Notes: generated by a model not told the origin, from the sequence alone. A stretch of 64,000 bases of DNA from Rhynchobatus australiae (GCA_034780895.1 JAUZTB010000002.1:67980390-68044389); one strand, 5' to 3'; shown: positions 12,640 through 24,639, counted from the first letter of the stretch. Numbers and translations: made by a program.

Positions 12640-13140
12640 TGTTGTTCTTTCCGATGCCCTCCTCTGTGGCCTCCCAAATTCATCCCAAGATAATTTCCAG
12701 CTGGTGAAGAAAATGGCCCTTTCATCTTCTTTGAGGTCCCTTTCATCTCTTTCCCCCTTTGCAAATCAGCCCAGTCCACACCCTGCCCAGGTTTATCCCA
12801 CCAGCACAAAATCGCTCAACTTCAAAACTTTGCATGAAGCCACAAGTTTCTCCATGACTTCTCACTACTCTTCCAAGCTCTTCCAGTATACTTCCCTGTT
12901 TGCAAACTCTCTTTGACTTTTAGCTTATTGTCATCCCTGCTGTCCTTCAGTCCTATCATTAGAGGTAAGGCTTTCAGACTGCTGTCTTCTGGAACACTTT
13001 TCCTAATCTCCTCTGAACTATTTACATCTCCACCTCGGGATCTACCTGTTCAGCTGTGCTTTCTCTAATTACTTTCCCACTCCTTTTTGCATTCAATTTG
13101 CAGCTGGGTTTTGCTATTTTAAAGATGCAAAGACCACAAA
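12640..13140 (+). mobile_element. Ancient L2 LINE 3' fragment
   Basis: DALLCGLP…FQLV, followed later by gaggtaaggctttcag…ctggaacacttttcct (GxRAFS…LWNxLP motif of the L2 C-terminus). Confidence 0.55.
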
Positions 13141-13871
13141 CCCAGATGGACTTTGCTAACATTTGCCACTCATGACTGCTGACATAACTCTCACTGAAGT
13201 CAAGGGAGGGCACTTAATTTACACAAGCTAGGCTGTGTCACAGGGGTACATCTCAACCATTCCTGCACAGAGAGTTTGCCTAATCAATGAATCTGGAGTG
13301 CATTGAGCGAAGGAGATCTAACCATTCCTGGAAAGATTGTACCTTTTCCCTTCAGCTCTCTTCATATAGGAAACCAGTGGAGAGGTGGTAGGAAAAAGGT
13401 GGAGAATGAAATAACAATTATATTTTGTAAATCTTGAATAGCCCAAACCACAACCCAGGCCTAAAGTCCATTGACAATCCCCACAATCACTACTGTAGTA
13501 ACTGTTAACCTTGTTTCCATGCAAGGGGTACACTCACATCAGACCCGGGTCGGCCAGAGTGAACATATTCTGGAGACCATACCCCATTACAGGATATGTT
13601 GGAGTAGGTAGAGACTCCTCACTTTCTAAGGCTTCTTGAGGGAAGAAAGACCAGATTCATTTTGACCTCAGTATAGTTCACAGACAATATGGTAATATTA
13701 TAACAGGGTCATGACAGGAACATGCCAGAAGACTTACTGATTTTCAGGCACATGATACAACTCTCAGTCATTGTTATAAACAATGTATTCAATTTTCCCA
13801 TGTTAGTGACACCCACATCTCACAGTTACTAGCAAATAACATCACCAATTGCATCATTTTTGCTCCTTTGT

Positions 13872-14500
13872 GGCAAGATAGGCATTTATTGCCCAATTCC
13901 CTTTGCGTTTGAGAGGATGGTGATGATCCATCCACTTGAATTGCTGTGGATCTTATGGTGAAATTGTTTCCATGATGCTGTTTAGTAATGATGAAGGAGC
14001 AAGGATATATAGCCAAGTCAGGATGGCGAGTCACTTGGAGAGAGTCTTGCAGTTGTGCTCTTCCAATGCATCTACTAGGTGATGGGGATATTGCCTTGAA
14101 GAAGCTTTGGAGAATTATGGTGAATAGACTGTTAGTTCCATTCCTCTTTCTATGGATGCTGAGTGTTTTCAGCATTTTCTGTTTGATCTCAGATTTCCAG
14201 CATCAGTTTTGTAACTCTCAGATTCAAAGTACATTTGTTGAACCCATGGTAGAGAGAAGGAATATGTACTCTGCTGGAAAGGGTGCTATCCAAGCAGATT
14301 GCCTCATTGTGGATGGTGTTGAGGTTTTTCAGTGCTGTTGGAGTTTTACTCAGCCAGGCAAATAGACAGTATTCTATCATATCCCCCAACTTAGACATTG
14401 CAAATGAAAGGACTTTGAGGAATCAGTCACTGCAGAATAGCTGGGATTTGACCTGTTCTCATAGACACAACATTTATGGTTGGTCCCATTAAGTTTCTGC
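13872..14500 (-). mobile_element. CR1/L2-group LINE 3' fragment, interrupted by a Penelope-type tail (about 14130-14205, + strand)
   Basis: ggcatttattgcccaattccc tail, agccaagtcaggatgg motif, and KNLNTIHNEAICL (LDTIQxKAARLI-like). Confidence 0.65.
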
Positions 14501-14990
14501 CAGTGCCAAAAGCAAACCAATGATTGGTGTTTTTCTGTACATTTTAAATACTGGGTTTCTCAGAAGCCACCATGGAGTGCACGATGCAATGTGTTTGATG
14601 GAAGTGGGAGTGAAATTGCTGGACAATCCATTGATAAATTCTCTGGCTATGAATTTAAAACCGATATTAGAAATGAGTGTCTTCTTCCTCCATGAAAGGA
14701 AAATTATAAGGGTTCGGATCTCCTGGTTTTCAGTGTGCATGTCCTTGACTTCTCCCAAATATACTACTTTCGTAAGGTCATCTTTTGTAATGAGAATCTG
14801 ACCATCTGGTGTATGACTAATCCTGAGTCAAGGGGCATAAGATTAAGTAGATCACTCTTTCACTTCTGGGTTTGAATGGCCTCTTTCTCTACTGTGTGAT
14901 GCTATGATTTCTAATCACATACTCTGAATCTTGAAACAAGTAAGAAAATTCTTTATTGCTAAAATTATTCATAAAATGAGGCAGTTGAGG

Positions 14991-15034
14991 CACCTGTCAT
15001 GCGGGAGACCAGGATTCAATTCCCCGACGGGGAG
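14991..15034 (+). pseudogene. 3' half of tRNA-Asp(GTC) pseudogene
   Basis: cacctgtcatgcgggagaccaggattcaattccccgacggggag matches the recalled vertebrate tRNA-Asp 3' half CGCCTGTCACGCGGGAGACCGGGGTTCGATTCCCCGACGGGGAG at 39/44 positions. The 5' half is absent and there is no CCA. Confidence 0.85.
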
Positions 15035-15042
15035 ATGGTTTT

Positions 15043-15280
15043 GGAGTGGCATGGTAGCAAAGCGGTTAGGGTGATGCTACTACAGCACCAGCAATCGGGT
15101 TTCGATTCCCGTTGCTGTCTGTCAGGAGTTTGTACGTTCTCCCATGTCTGCATGGGTTTCCTCCCACATTCCAAAGATGTACGGGTAGGTTAACATGGAT
15201 TTAAAATGGGCAGCTCAGACTCGTTGGGCCAGAAGGGCCTGTTACCATGCTGTAAATAAAATTTTAAAAATTAAAAAAAA
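15043..15280 (+). mobile_element. V-SINE with CR1-type 3' tail
   Basis: tRNA-like head, V-domain gagtttgtacgttctcccatgtctgcatgggtttcctcccacattccaaaga, tail tgggccagaagggcctgttaccatgctgtaaataaa. Confidence 0.9.
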
Positions 15281-15783
15281 ATCTAACACAATTATTGGTT
15301 TGAGTTATACTTTTATGCCTATATTTTGTACCCATATATTGTGTCATTCTTATTTCACATATTTTAAATTATCTTGGGGCACCCTACTCAAAGAAGTATC
15401 ATAAAGAAAACAAAGTATTCCACCAGACTTGACAACAGGCCCTGGGCAACATGTGATCAAGGATACAATAATCTTTATTCCTCTCTCTTGTTTTTTTGTT
15501 ACAAGAAAGAAACTTAAGTGGAAAAATACTGCATAGTTTTACAGGAGTCAACCATTCATCATTGGCACAATGAGGTACAGTATGATGCACAATCATCTGA
15601 TCAGTGTTCTTTTCTGGAGTTTCCTGATCATGTTAAATAAGAATACATCAAGGTCAGAAATGAGATTTTCTCTGCCAGCAGCTATTAAAGTGCATTTTTC
15701 TTTCTTAACACAGATGTTTGCAGTCCTTCGACACTAGCTTACCAGCATGAATGGCTTTATTTAATGAAGATTACCTGACAGCA

Positions 15784-16350
15784 GTCAAGTCAAACTCAGT
15801 CAAGTTTATTGTCATATGCACAAGTACATGTATGCAGAGGTGCAAAGAAAAATTTACTTCCAGCATCATCACAGGCACATAGCATCATACAAGCATTCAT
15901 AAGAAAAACATAAATTAAACATAAATTATGCACAAGTTTTATAAGAAAGAACACAATTAGAACAAAAAAGCAAAGTCCATTTTAGTGAAATGTGATCAAA
16001 GTGGTCATAGTGTTACTAGATAAACTGTAGTGATTAGGGTTGTGCCAGTTGGTTCAAGAACAAAGTGGTTGAAGGGAAGCAGCTGTTCTTGAACCTGGTG
16101 CTGTGGAGCTTCAGGCTTCTGTTCTTCCTGTCTGATGGTAGTTGCAAGAAGATAGTATGGCCCAGATGGTGGGGATCTTTGATGATGGATGTTGCCTTCT
16201 TGAGGCAGCGCCTCCTGTAGATACTGGGGAGGGATGTGCCCATGATGTATTGGGCTGAGCCCACTAGTCTCTGCAGCTTCTTCTGTTCCTGCACATTCGA
16301 ATTGCCGTACCAGACAACAATGCAACCAGTCAGGATACTTTCAACAGCAC
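15784..16350 (-). mobile_element. Rex1/Babar LINE 3' end
   Basis: VESILTGCIVVWYGN…KKLQRLV…RCLKKATSIIKDPHHLGH…LPSDRKNRSLKLHSTRFKNSCFP, then a 3' UTR ending aataaacttgac repeats. Confidence 0.9.
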
Positions 16351-16834
16351 ACACAGCAATGTTGATGGAAGCAATGTGTATCAGCATAGTATTATCTATG
16401 GGCCAAATTTCAACATTTTATGACTTACATTAAGCAGCCAAGGTTACATCTTAACAGACTGCCATAACTGCAGCTTAGTAAATTGTCCTACCAAATGTGT
16501 TATTTTTATTGTTTTCCGGTGTAAAGGTTGGCACAGCAGCAAACAGGATGAACATGGGGAATCTTGCCAACTGCTGATCATTGCAAATCCGTAGACTTTC
16601 TTGTTTTCCCACAGTGTCATTTTGCTGCATCATAATATTGTTATATTAGTTCAGCACAAAGTATGAGAAATAGCAGAAGTATGCTTACAGTTGCATTTTC
16701 ACAGGTTTGCACAACTCAGCTGTTGAAGTAGCTACTTTGATAGAACTCATTTACTCCAGATCTCATGACATCAGTCAAACAGAAGCAAGAAAACTTCTTT
16801 CTTCCCGATTGCTACTTAACATCCTCCCTCAGCT

Positions 16835-17810
16835 TATCAAGGAGGCAAAAGCAGGACGTTCAGAAAATCATAAGACAATCAAGCAAAGTCAGCATGTTGT
16901 TATGAAAGGGAAATTGTGTTTGACAACCTTGTTCTTTGAGGATGTAACAAACAGGGTGGATAAGGGTAACCAGTATATCTGGTGTATTTGGATTTCCAGA
17001 AGATATTCGATAAGGTGTCACATAACATGTTACTGCAGGATATAAGAATGCATTGTGTTGGGAGTGTTAAATCAGCATGAATAGGGAAATGGCTACTGAA
17101 AAGAAAATAGAAAAGCAAGATAAATGGGTCACTTTTGACAATAAGTAACTAGTGGGGTACCAACCAGATCAGTGCTCGAGTCCAAACTGTTTCCAATATA
17201 TTTTAATAACAGGTGAAAAGACCAAATGTATTTTTGTCAAATTTGCTGATGATACAATAATTGATGGGTCAGCAAGTCATGAGTAGGACACAAAGAGCCT
17301 ATATAGAGATATAAGTAGATTAAGTGAGGTGGTTAGAAGTTGTCAGATGGCGTATAATATGGAAAAATGTGAAATTATTAACTATAGAAGGAGGATACAA
17401 AAACAAATTATTACTTAAATGGAGTAAAGCTACAAAATGTCAAAGGACAAAGGCGTTTGGGGGCCCTAGTTCACGAAACACAAAAGGTTAACATCCACGT
17501 ACAGCAAGAAATTAGGAAGGCTAATGGAATCTTGGTCTTTATTGAAAAATATATGGCTTATTATTAAAAAAAGGGAAGTCTGATGCAACTTTACAGCGTG
17601 CTAATGAGATTACACCTGGAGTACTGCATACAGTTTTGATCTTCATATTTAAGGAAGGATATGCTTGCTTATATTGTAGATAGCACAGAAAAGGTTCACA
17701 CAGTTGTTTCCTGGAATGAAAGGGTTAATGTCTGAAGAAAGATTGCTTGTCAGGCCTACACTTGTGGAGGTACAGAAGAATGAGTGATGATCTCATTGAA
17801 ACAGATAAGA
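16835..17810 (+). mobile_element. Decayed CR1 RT to C-terminus
   Basis: IKQSQHVVMKGKLCLTTL…FEDVTNRVDKG, KFADDT, and LEYCIQF remnants. Confidence 0.85.
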
Positions 17811-17819
17811 CAGACAAAG

Positions 17820-18358
17820 ACTGAAGAGCGCAGCACTCATGAAGAGGACTACGAAGAGCTGGATGGCAGAGGCAGAGGAGTGAACTCAGGATTACTTTGA
17901 GCATGGACCATGTTCAAGGATTCATCAGCGGAGCTAAATAAATATGCCACATCATCACCAACTTCATAAGGACATATGTGGACTAGTTTGTACCCACAAA
18001 AACATTCCAAGTCTTCACCAACCAGAAGTCCTGGATGAACCAAGAGATTTGTAAACTGCTGAGGGCTAGATCTGTGGCATTTAGGGCTGGCGACCCAGAG
18101 TCATATAAGAAGTCCAGATATAACCTCTGGAAGGCCATTGCGAGTGCAAAGAGGAATTTCAGACTAAAGTGGGGATCACAGATGGACGTTCAACAGCTAT
18201 GGCAGGGCTTGCACAATATAACTTCTTACAAGGTGAGATCAGGTAGAATAAGTGGCAATGACCCGTCACTCCCAGGTGAGCTTAATGCCTTTTATGCACG
18301 CTTTGATAGGAAGAACCACACGAGCCCCCACATCTCCAGATCACCCTATAATTTCAGT
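17820..18358 (+). mobile_element. Rex1/Babar LINE, 5' segment
   Basis: TFQVFTNQKSWMNQEICKLLRARSVAFRAGDPESYKKSRY…LWQGLHNIT…ELNAFYARFD. Continues in register at 21300. Confidence 0.85.
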
Positions 18359-18648
18359 AAGTGAGGGAGGAAGGCTGATGTCAGGGAATGTGGGATTAGG
18401 CAGATTCCTGATAACAGATGTGATGAGACAAATGGTTTGAAGTGTTTGTACTTTAGTGCTAGGAGTATTATGGGCAAGAGTGATGAACTTAGAGCATGGA
18501 TCGGTACATGGAACTATGATGTTATAGCCATTACAGAGACTTTGGTGAGGGAGGGACCGGAATGGGTGATCAAAGTACCAGGGTTTTGAAGTTTTAGGAA
18601 GAATAGATAAGGGGGGTAAAAGAGGGGGAGGAGTTGCAATACTAATTA
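18359..18648 (+). mobile_element. CR1 LINE 5' portion of ORF2 (APE N-terminus)
   Basis: GLKCLYFSARSIMGKSDELRAWIGTWNYDVIAITET. Ends at an N-gap. Confidence 0.85.
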
Positions 18649-18779
18649 NNNNNNNNNNNNNNNNNNNNNNNNNNNNNNNNNNNNNNNNNNNNNNNNNNNN
18701 NNNNNNNNNNNNNNNNNNNNNNNNNNNNNNNNNNNNNNNNNNNNNNNNNNNNNNNNNNNNNNNNNNNNCTATTTAAAGA

Positions 18780-19630
18780 TACAGCGGACCGTAAATCAGC
18801 TGGAAAGTTAGGTGGAATGGCGGTAGATAGAATTTATCCAGGTGAGTGAGAAATAATGTACTTTGAGAAGTCAAATTCTGGTAGGACATATAGAGTAAAT
18901 GGAAGGGACTTACGGAGCATTAATGTACAGAGACTTTGGACTGCAAGTCCATAGCTCACTGAAGATGGCACCACACATGTATAGGGTGGGCACTTGATAT
19001 TCTTGTATTCATAGGCCAAGGCATTGAGTATAAGAGCTGGGACATCATGTTGCAGTTGTAGAAAACACTGGTTAGACCACACTTGAAGTACTGTGTGCAG
19101 TTCTAATCGCCACACTACGGGTAGGATGCGGTAGCAATAGCAAGAGTACAGAAGAGATTCACCAGAATGTTGCCTGGAATGGGAGGCAGTAGTTACAAGG
19201 GGAGACTAGATAGGGTGGGTTCATTCTTACTAAAATGCAGGAGGTTGAGGTGTGACCTTATAGAGGTTTATAAGATTAGGTGAAGCATAAATAGGATAGA
19301 TAGTCAGAATCATTTTCCCAGGGCAGGGCAGTCTTGAACTAGAGGGCATAAGTTTGAGGTGAAAGGAGGGAAATTTAAAGGAGCTCTGAGGGGCATGTTT
19401 TTCACACAAAGGGTAGTGTTTATCTAGGAAGAGCAGCTAGAGCAGGTAGTAGTGACAGAAACAATTATCATGTTGAAAATGCATTTGGACAGGTACTCAG
19501 ATAGGAAAGGTGTAGAGGGATACAGGCCTAATGCAGACAAAAGTGATTACTATATTTAGGCATCACAGTCGACATAGACCAGATAGGACAAGAGGACCAG
19601 TTTCTATGCTGTACGGTTCTATGAGTCTAT
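18780..19630 (+). mobile_element. CR1 LINE 3' end
   Basis: KTLVRPHLKYCVQF…RRFTRMLPG, 3' UTR ending gttctatgagtctat. Confidence 0.9.
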
Positions 19631-19639
19631 AATTCTATC

Positions 19640-19900
19640 ACCTCCAATGAACTCGAAATTATCACCACTCTGCTTAGTAGGCTTTTCCTTATATCCCCTC
19701 TGTGCCTTTTGCCTGTCACTTTGAACCTGTGACTACTAATGGGAACAACCTCCTTCCGATTATCCCATTGCAATCCATCATGGTCATATGCATTTCTATC
19801 AAATCTTTTCTCAACCTTCTTTGCTTCAAGGAGAACAACTCCAGCTTCCCCACTCTAACCTTGTTGTTAAAATTCCTCCATCCATGGATTCATCTGGTAA
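19640..19900 (-). mobile_element. Old CR1 3' fragment
   Basis: ttctatcaaatcttttctcaaccttctttgcttcaaggagaacaac is the reverse complement of the CR1 LFSLExRRLRGDLIE region. Confidence 0.6.
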
Positions 19901-20827
19901 TACATACACAGTAAAATCACTTAAAATTATAAAATCTGATCTCCTGAAATATATCTGTCTTTCTGATTTGGCTTAAGGTGTTTGAGAGGATTTTTGGAAG
20001 TTAGTTTGCAAAGGAACACAATATCCTTTATGAACAGTTGCTTCCTTAAGCAGACAGATCAAGTGTATGGTGTATAAACTCTGATGGGTGAGTACTTCGC
20101 ATGTGATCATATTTCTTGACTCAACATTATCTGGCTTACCTCACTGATTTCACCTTCCTGCTGCTCATGTTCTGCCTCCATCCTCAGAGCACTTACTTGA
20201 AAGAACGATCTCTGTAACAAAAGACTACAAAGCAGAACCACACCTTTGTTTGAGACTGCTGAAAGGGAATGTATATAATCCTTTCTTAGCAGCAATCCAA
20301 GAGAAAGATTTCAGTGGCATGTCGGATGATTTAAATGAAGTTTGGAGAAACTAAGTCCACGCATTCCCAGTTTGTTAGGTCATGCAAGTACCTTAACACA
20401 CTTTGCAGATGCAATTCTGGCTTCAGTAATGGAAATGGATTTCTGATACAGCAGCTTTTGTTCTCGTTCTCCTGTCATTTGGATATACTGATTACTGTGA
20501 GGACCATATCTCTAATATATGATGCAAACTTCAATGAGCAACATTAGAATTACTTATACCCCAAAATAGAATCACAATACTTTGGAGCTCAAGATCTCCA
20601 AACATGGAGAATTTTTAATTTAATTTTGAAGAAGTGATTAAACGTGGTCAGAGGAATGAGTATGGACATTACTTATATGGACTTCCAGAAGACATTTGAT
20701 AAAGTGGTTCATAAGGTGATGTTAGCTAAAGGAACCTACAGCTGTAATACTACTGCTGAGTTTGGGGTGTTGCTGCCTGAGGAATATTAAGAACATGATG
20801 GAAGGATTAAGAAGGATTAAAAACATG

Positions 20828-21299
20828 GGAAGGATGTTGAGGTTTTAGAGAGGGTGCAGAGGAGTTTTACTAGGATGCTGCCTGGATTAGAGGGCATGTG
20901 CTATCAGGAGAGGCTGGACAAACTTGGGATCTTTTATCTGGAGTGGCAGAGGCTGAAAGGTGATCTGTTGGAAGTGTATATAATTATGAGGGGCATAGAT
21001 AGGGTGGACAAGCAGTATTTTTTTCCCATTATTGAGTGATCCAATACCAGAGGGCATGCAGGGGAGTGCAGTAGGTTCAGAACAGATGTGAGGGGTATGA
21101 TTTTTACTTAGTGGTGGATGCCTGGAATGCATTGCCTGATAGGGTGGTGGAGGAAAATTCACTGGGGCTTTTAAGAGAGGCTTGGATGGGCACATGAATG
21201 TGAAGAAAATGGAGGGATATGGGCATTCTGTAGGTGGGAGGGATTAGCTATGTCAGCATAACATTGTGGGCCGAAGAGCCTGTGCTGTACTGTTCTATG
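20828..21299 (+). mobile_element. CR1 LINE 3' end
   Basis: QRSFTRMLPGLEGMCYQERLDKLG…RLKGDLLEVY, tail gtgggccgaagagcctgtgctgtactgttctatg. A short RT remnant (DITYMDFQKTFDKV) lies at about 20620-20730. Confidence 0.9.
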
Positions 21300-23027
21300 T
21301 TCAGTCTCTGAGGCCAATGTCTGGGCATCCTTCAAGAGTGAATCCATGAAAGGCATCTGGTCCAGACGGCGTACCTGGCCAAGAACTAAAGATCTGTGCG
21401 GACCAACTGGCTGGAGTATTTACAGATGTATTCAACCTCTCACTTCTGTGGTGAGGTTCCCACCTGCTTCAAAAAGGCACCTATTGTACTGGTGCCCAAG
21501 AAAAGAATGGTGACCTTCCTCTATGACTACTGTCCAGTAGCACTTACATCAACTGCAATGAAATGCTTTGAAAGGTTGATTATGGCACCAATCAACTCCT
21601 GCCTCAGATGACCTGCATGTCAAAAGGCAGTACACTCTGAAGGGCAAAACCCTTAACAGTGTTGAAGAGCAGAGAGACCTTGGGGTACAAGTCCATTGCT
21701 CGTTGAAAGTGGCTGCACTCTTTGCCTATTGTCACAACAAGTCAACAACAGATGATTTCTCTGGTTCTTCACTCTGCTCTGGACCATCTGGACAACAAGA
21801 ACTCATATGGCAGGCTGCTGTTCATCAACTGCAGCTCGGTGTTGAACACAACCATTTAAACTAATCATTAAGCTTTGAGACCTGAGCCTCTGTACCTCCC
21901 TCTGCAACTGGATACTCGACTTCCTCATTGGCAGACCTCAATCAGTGAGGATTGGTAACAACATCTCCTTCTCACTGATCATCAACACAGGTACACCTCA
22001 AGGCTGTGTGCTTAGTCCCCGCTCTACCCTCTATACACACATGACTGTGTGGCTAAGCATAGCTCCAATAGCATCTTGAAATTTGCTGACAACACTACTG
22101 CTGTTGAATGAATCACAGGTGGCAATAAGTCAGTTTACCAGAGTGAGATAGGACAACTGCCTGAGTGGTACTGCAACAACAACCTCTCGCTCAACATCAG
22201 CGAAACTAAAGAGCTGATTGTTGACTTCAGGAAGGGGAAGGAGGGCAAACATGCATCTGTTAACATTGGGAGATCGGCAGTGGATAGTCAGCAGCTTTAA
22301 ATTCCTGGGTGTTAACATATCAGATGACCTCTCCTGGGCCCAGCACATGGAGGCAATCACAAGGAGATCGCTTTCCTTATGAATAAGGAAGTGCATTGCA
22401 GGTAGACAATAAGGTGCAAGGTAGATTGTGAGGTCAAGAGTTCATCTCATTGTATAAGGGAACCCTTCAATAATCTTATCACTGGGATGGAAGCTGTCAT
22501 TGAGCCTGGTGGTATGTGCCCTCAGGCTCCTGTATCTTCTGCCTAGTGGGAGAGGGGAGAAGAGAGAACAACCCAGATGGGTGGGGTCTTTGATTATGCT
22601 GGCTGCTTCACCAAGGCAGCAAGAGTTGGTAGTATCAGCACGAGGCACTGCCTCAAGAAGCCAACATTCATCATCAAAGATCTCCATCATCCGGGCCCTT
22701 CTCACTACTACCATTGGGCAGGTGGTACAGAAGCCTGAAGTTCCACACCACCACATTCAAGAACAGTTACTTCCCTTCAACCATTCAGCTCTTGAACCAA
22801 CTGGCACAACTCTAATCACTACAGTTTAGCCATACTATGACCACTTTGATCACTTTGCACTAAAATGGACTTCTGTTTTGTTCTAATTGTGTTCTTTCTT
22901 GTTTAAAAAAAAGTGTGTAATTTATGTTTTTCTTGTGAATGCTGCTTATATGATGCTATGTGCCTGTGACGCTGCTGCAAGTAAGTTTTTCATTATACTT
23001 GAGCATATGACAATAAACTCGACTTTG
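21300..23027 (+). mobile_element. Rex1/Babar LINE, RT and 3' end (with nested fragments)
   Basis: [10 protein letters not shown]…VPTCFKKAPIVLVPKK…[46 protein letters not shown], 3' UTR ending aataaactcgactttga. Confidence 0.9.
22385..22620 (-). mobile_element. Inverted Rex1-type 3' fragment (second subfamily) inside the Rex1 copy
   Basis: Minus strand AASIIKDPTHLGCSLFSPLPLGRRYRSLRAHTTRLNDSFHP. UTR is similar to 63650-63862. Confidence 0.85.
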
Positions 23028-23370
23028 AAGATTCTGAGGTCAATTCACAGGGTGGGTGGCTGCTAAGAGGAAGTTTCCCCTATTGGGATATCTAGAACCA
23101 AGGGTCTTCAATTTAAGGCAGAGATGAGAGGAATTTCTTCCCTTGGTGGGTCATGTATCTTTGGAATTCCCTACTTGAGAGACATGTGGACGCAGAGTCA
23201 TTGAATACACTCAAATCAATGCGTGGCAGACATTTGAACTACAAGAGAGGCATGGGGGGGAGAGAATGAAAATGTGGTTTTGAAACCAAAATTAATTCAG
23301 CCATAATTTTATTGAATGACAGAGCAGACTGATGGGCCTACTCCTACTCTTACTCTTATTTTACATTCTT
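23025..23370 (+). mobile_element. Old CR1 3' fragment
   Basis: gagatgagaggaatttcttc…tttggaattccctac…agagcagactgatgggcctactcctactct. Confidence 0.65.
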
Positions 23371-24004
23371 AAGTAGCTTTACACACACCCCCGCAGATTG
23401 GGTTGCACCTGTTTTAGTCACATCAACATTACACTGCCAGTTTGAAATTCTTTATGGAAGTTATTGGTGAAGCTGAGCAAAGGCCAGAAAAAAGGCCTTG
23501 ATAAAATATGTGCCATTTTGAGGTGGGAGATGAAGCCATTTAAAACTACTTATTCAGTTTACTGGAAAATTAAGCAGATGCTGAAAAAAAGAATTAAGTG
23601 TTCTGCGGAGGGCTTCTGAGGCAAGAGGCCTCTCTTGCTACCCATCTTTTTCAAATTGGATAGGTTAAGGTTTTAAGTGTCAGTGATTGATTTGGAGGCA
23701 TTCTCTGCAGAAAGGATCTGAGAAAAAGGAACAATAGAAAATTTAGAGTGGATCCCAAATGAGATGTGGCTTAACACCTTGACTAGTTTAAGAAGATGAG
23801 CAACGAGAAGAAGTTGTTCACTGCAAGCTGCCAAGACCCATTACATCAGTTATGTTTATTTATTCAGCTGTATTCTGAAACTCACTGTAGCTGTCACCTC
23901 CCTGTGAGCCAATAATCCACATTGTTGCACAGTCTGGCTCATCAGTATTGAGATGAAGTCATAGTTTTAGTATTGTGGAGTGACCAACTCCAACGTTTCA
24001 TATA

Positions 24005-24610
24005 ACTAGCCATGAAGAAGAGCAACATATTTCCAAGTCAAAATGCTATGTTTGGAAGCCACCTTGCAGCTTTCAGAACATTCAAGCAGATGCTGTCTTT
24101 GACCTTTCAGCTGACAATTAGTAAGGTTTTTCCATGCAGTGACAAGGAAACTTCCATGAGTTATTGACTTCTGTTGGTAGATGACACACATTGCAACCAG
24201 TGCTTTGATGGTGGACAGCAGTGAATGCTTACAATGAGATATAATTTTGGCTTTCTTCTAAATGATTTTATGCTCCTTCAATGTCTTTGGTGCAGCATCA
24301 TTGAGCCAACTATTGTCCATCCTTTAAGTGCCTTGGAACAAGCAGAGGACTTTCTTCACAATCTAGTGTCTTGCAAATAATGGAATGACTTTGCTCAGCC
24401 AGGAGTTGAGTCACGGTTGGAGACTGCCTTGCCTCCAATGTGCTTTTGCAGATAAAAAAAATTAAGTGTTGGTCGAAGTCAGTTCCTCATTAATGGTGAC
24501 CCACAGCATGTTGATGGTAAGTTTCCAGACAATGTTAATGTCATTAAATGTCAAGAGGAAGTGGTTAGGCTTCCTCTTGTTGGAGATGGTTATTGCCAAG
24601 CACTTGTGGG
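24005..24610 (-). mobile_element. CR1/L2-group LINE 3' fragment
   Basis: Reverse-complement homology to 32690-33260 (KCLAITISNKRK… region and ttccaagtca motif). Confidence 0.6.
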
Positions 24611-24639
24611 ACACAGTGGCATCTAGAACGATGGTCCTC

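Noticed and set aside
16707-17045. 112-aa ORF as a cellular gene
   Set aside because: The C-terminal half is CR1 RT sequence and the N-terminal part has no recognisable homology or donor site.
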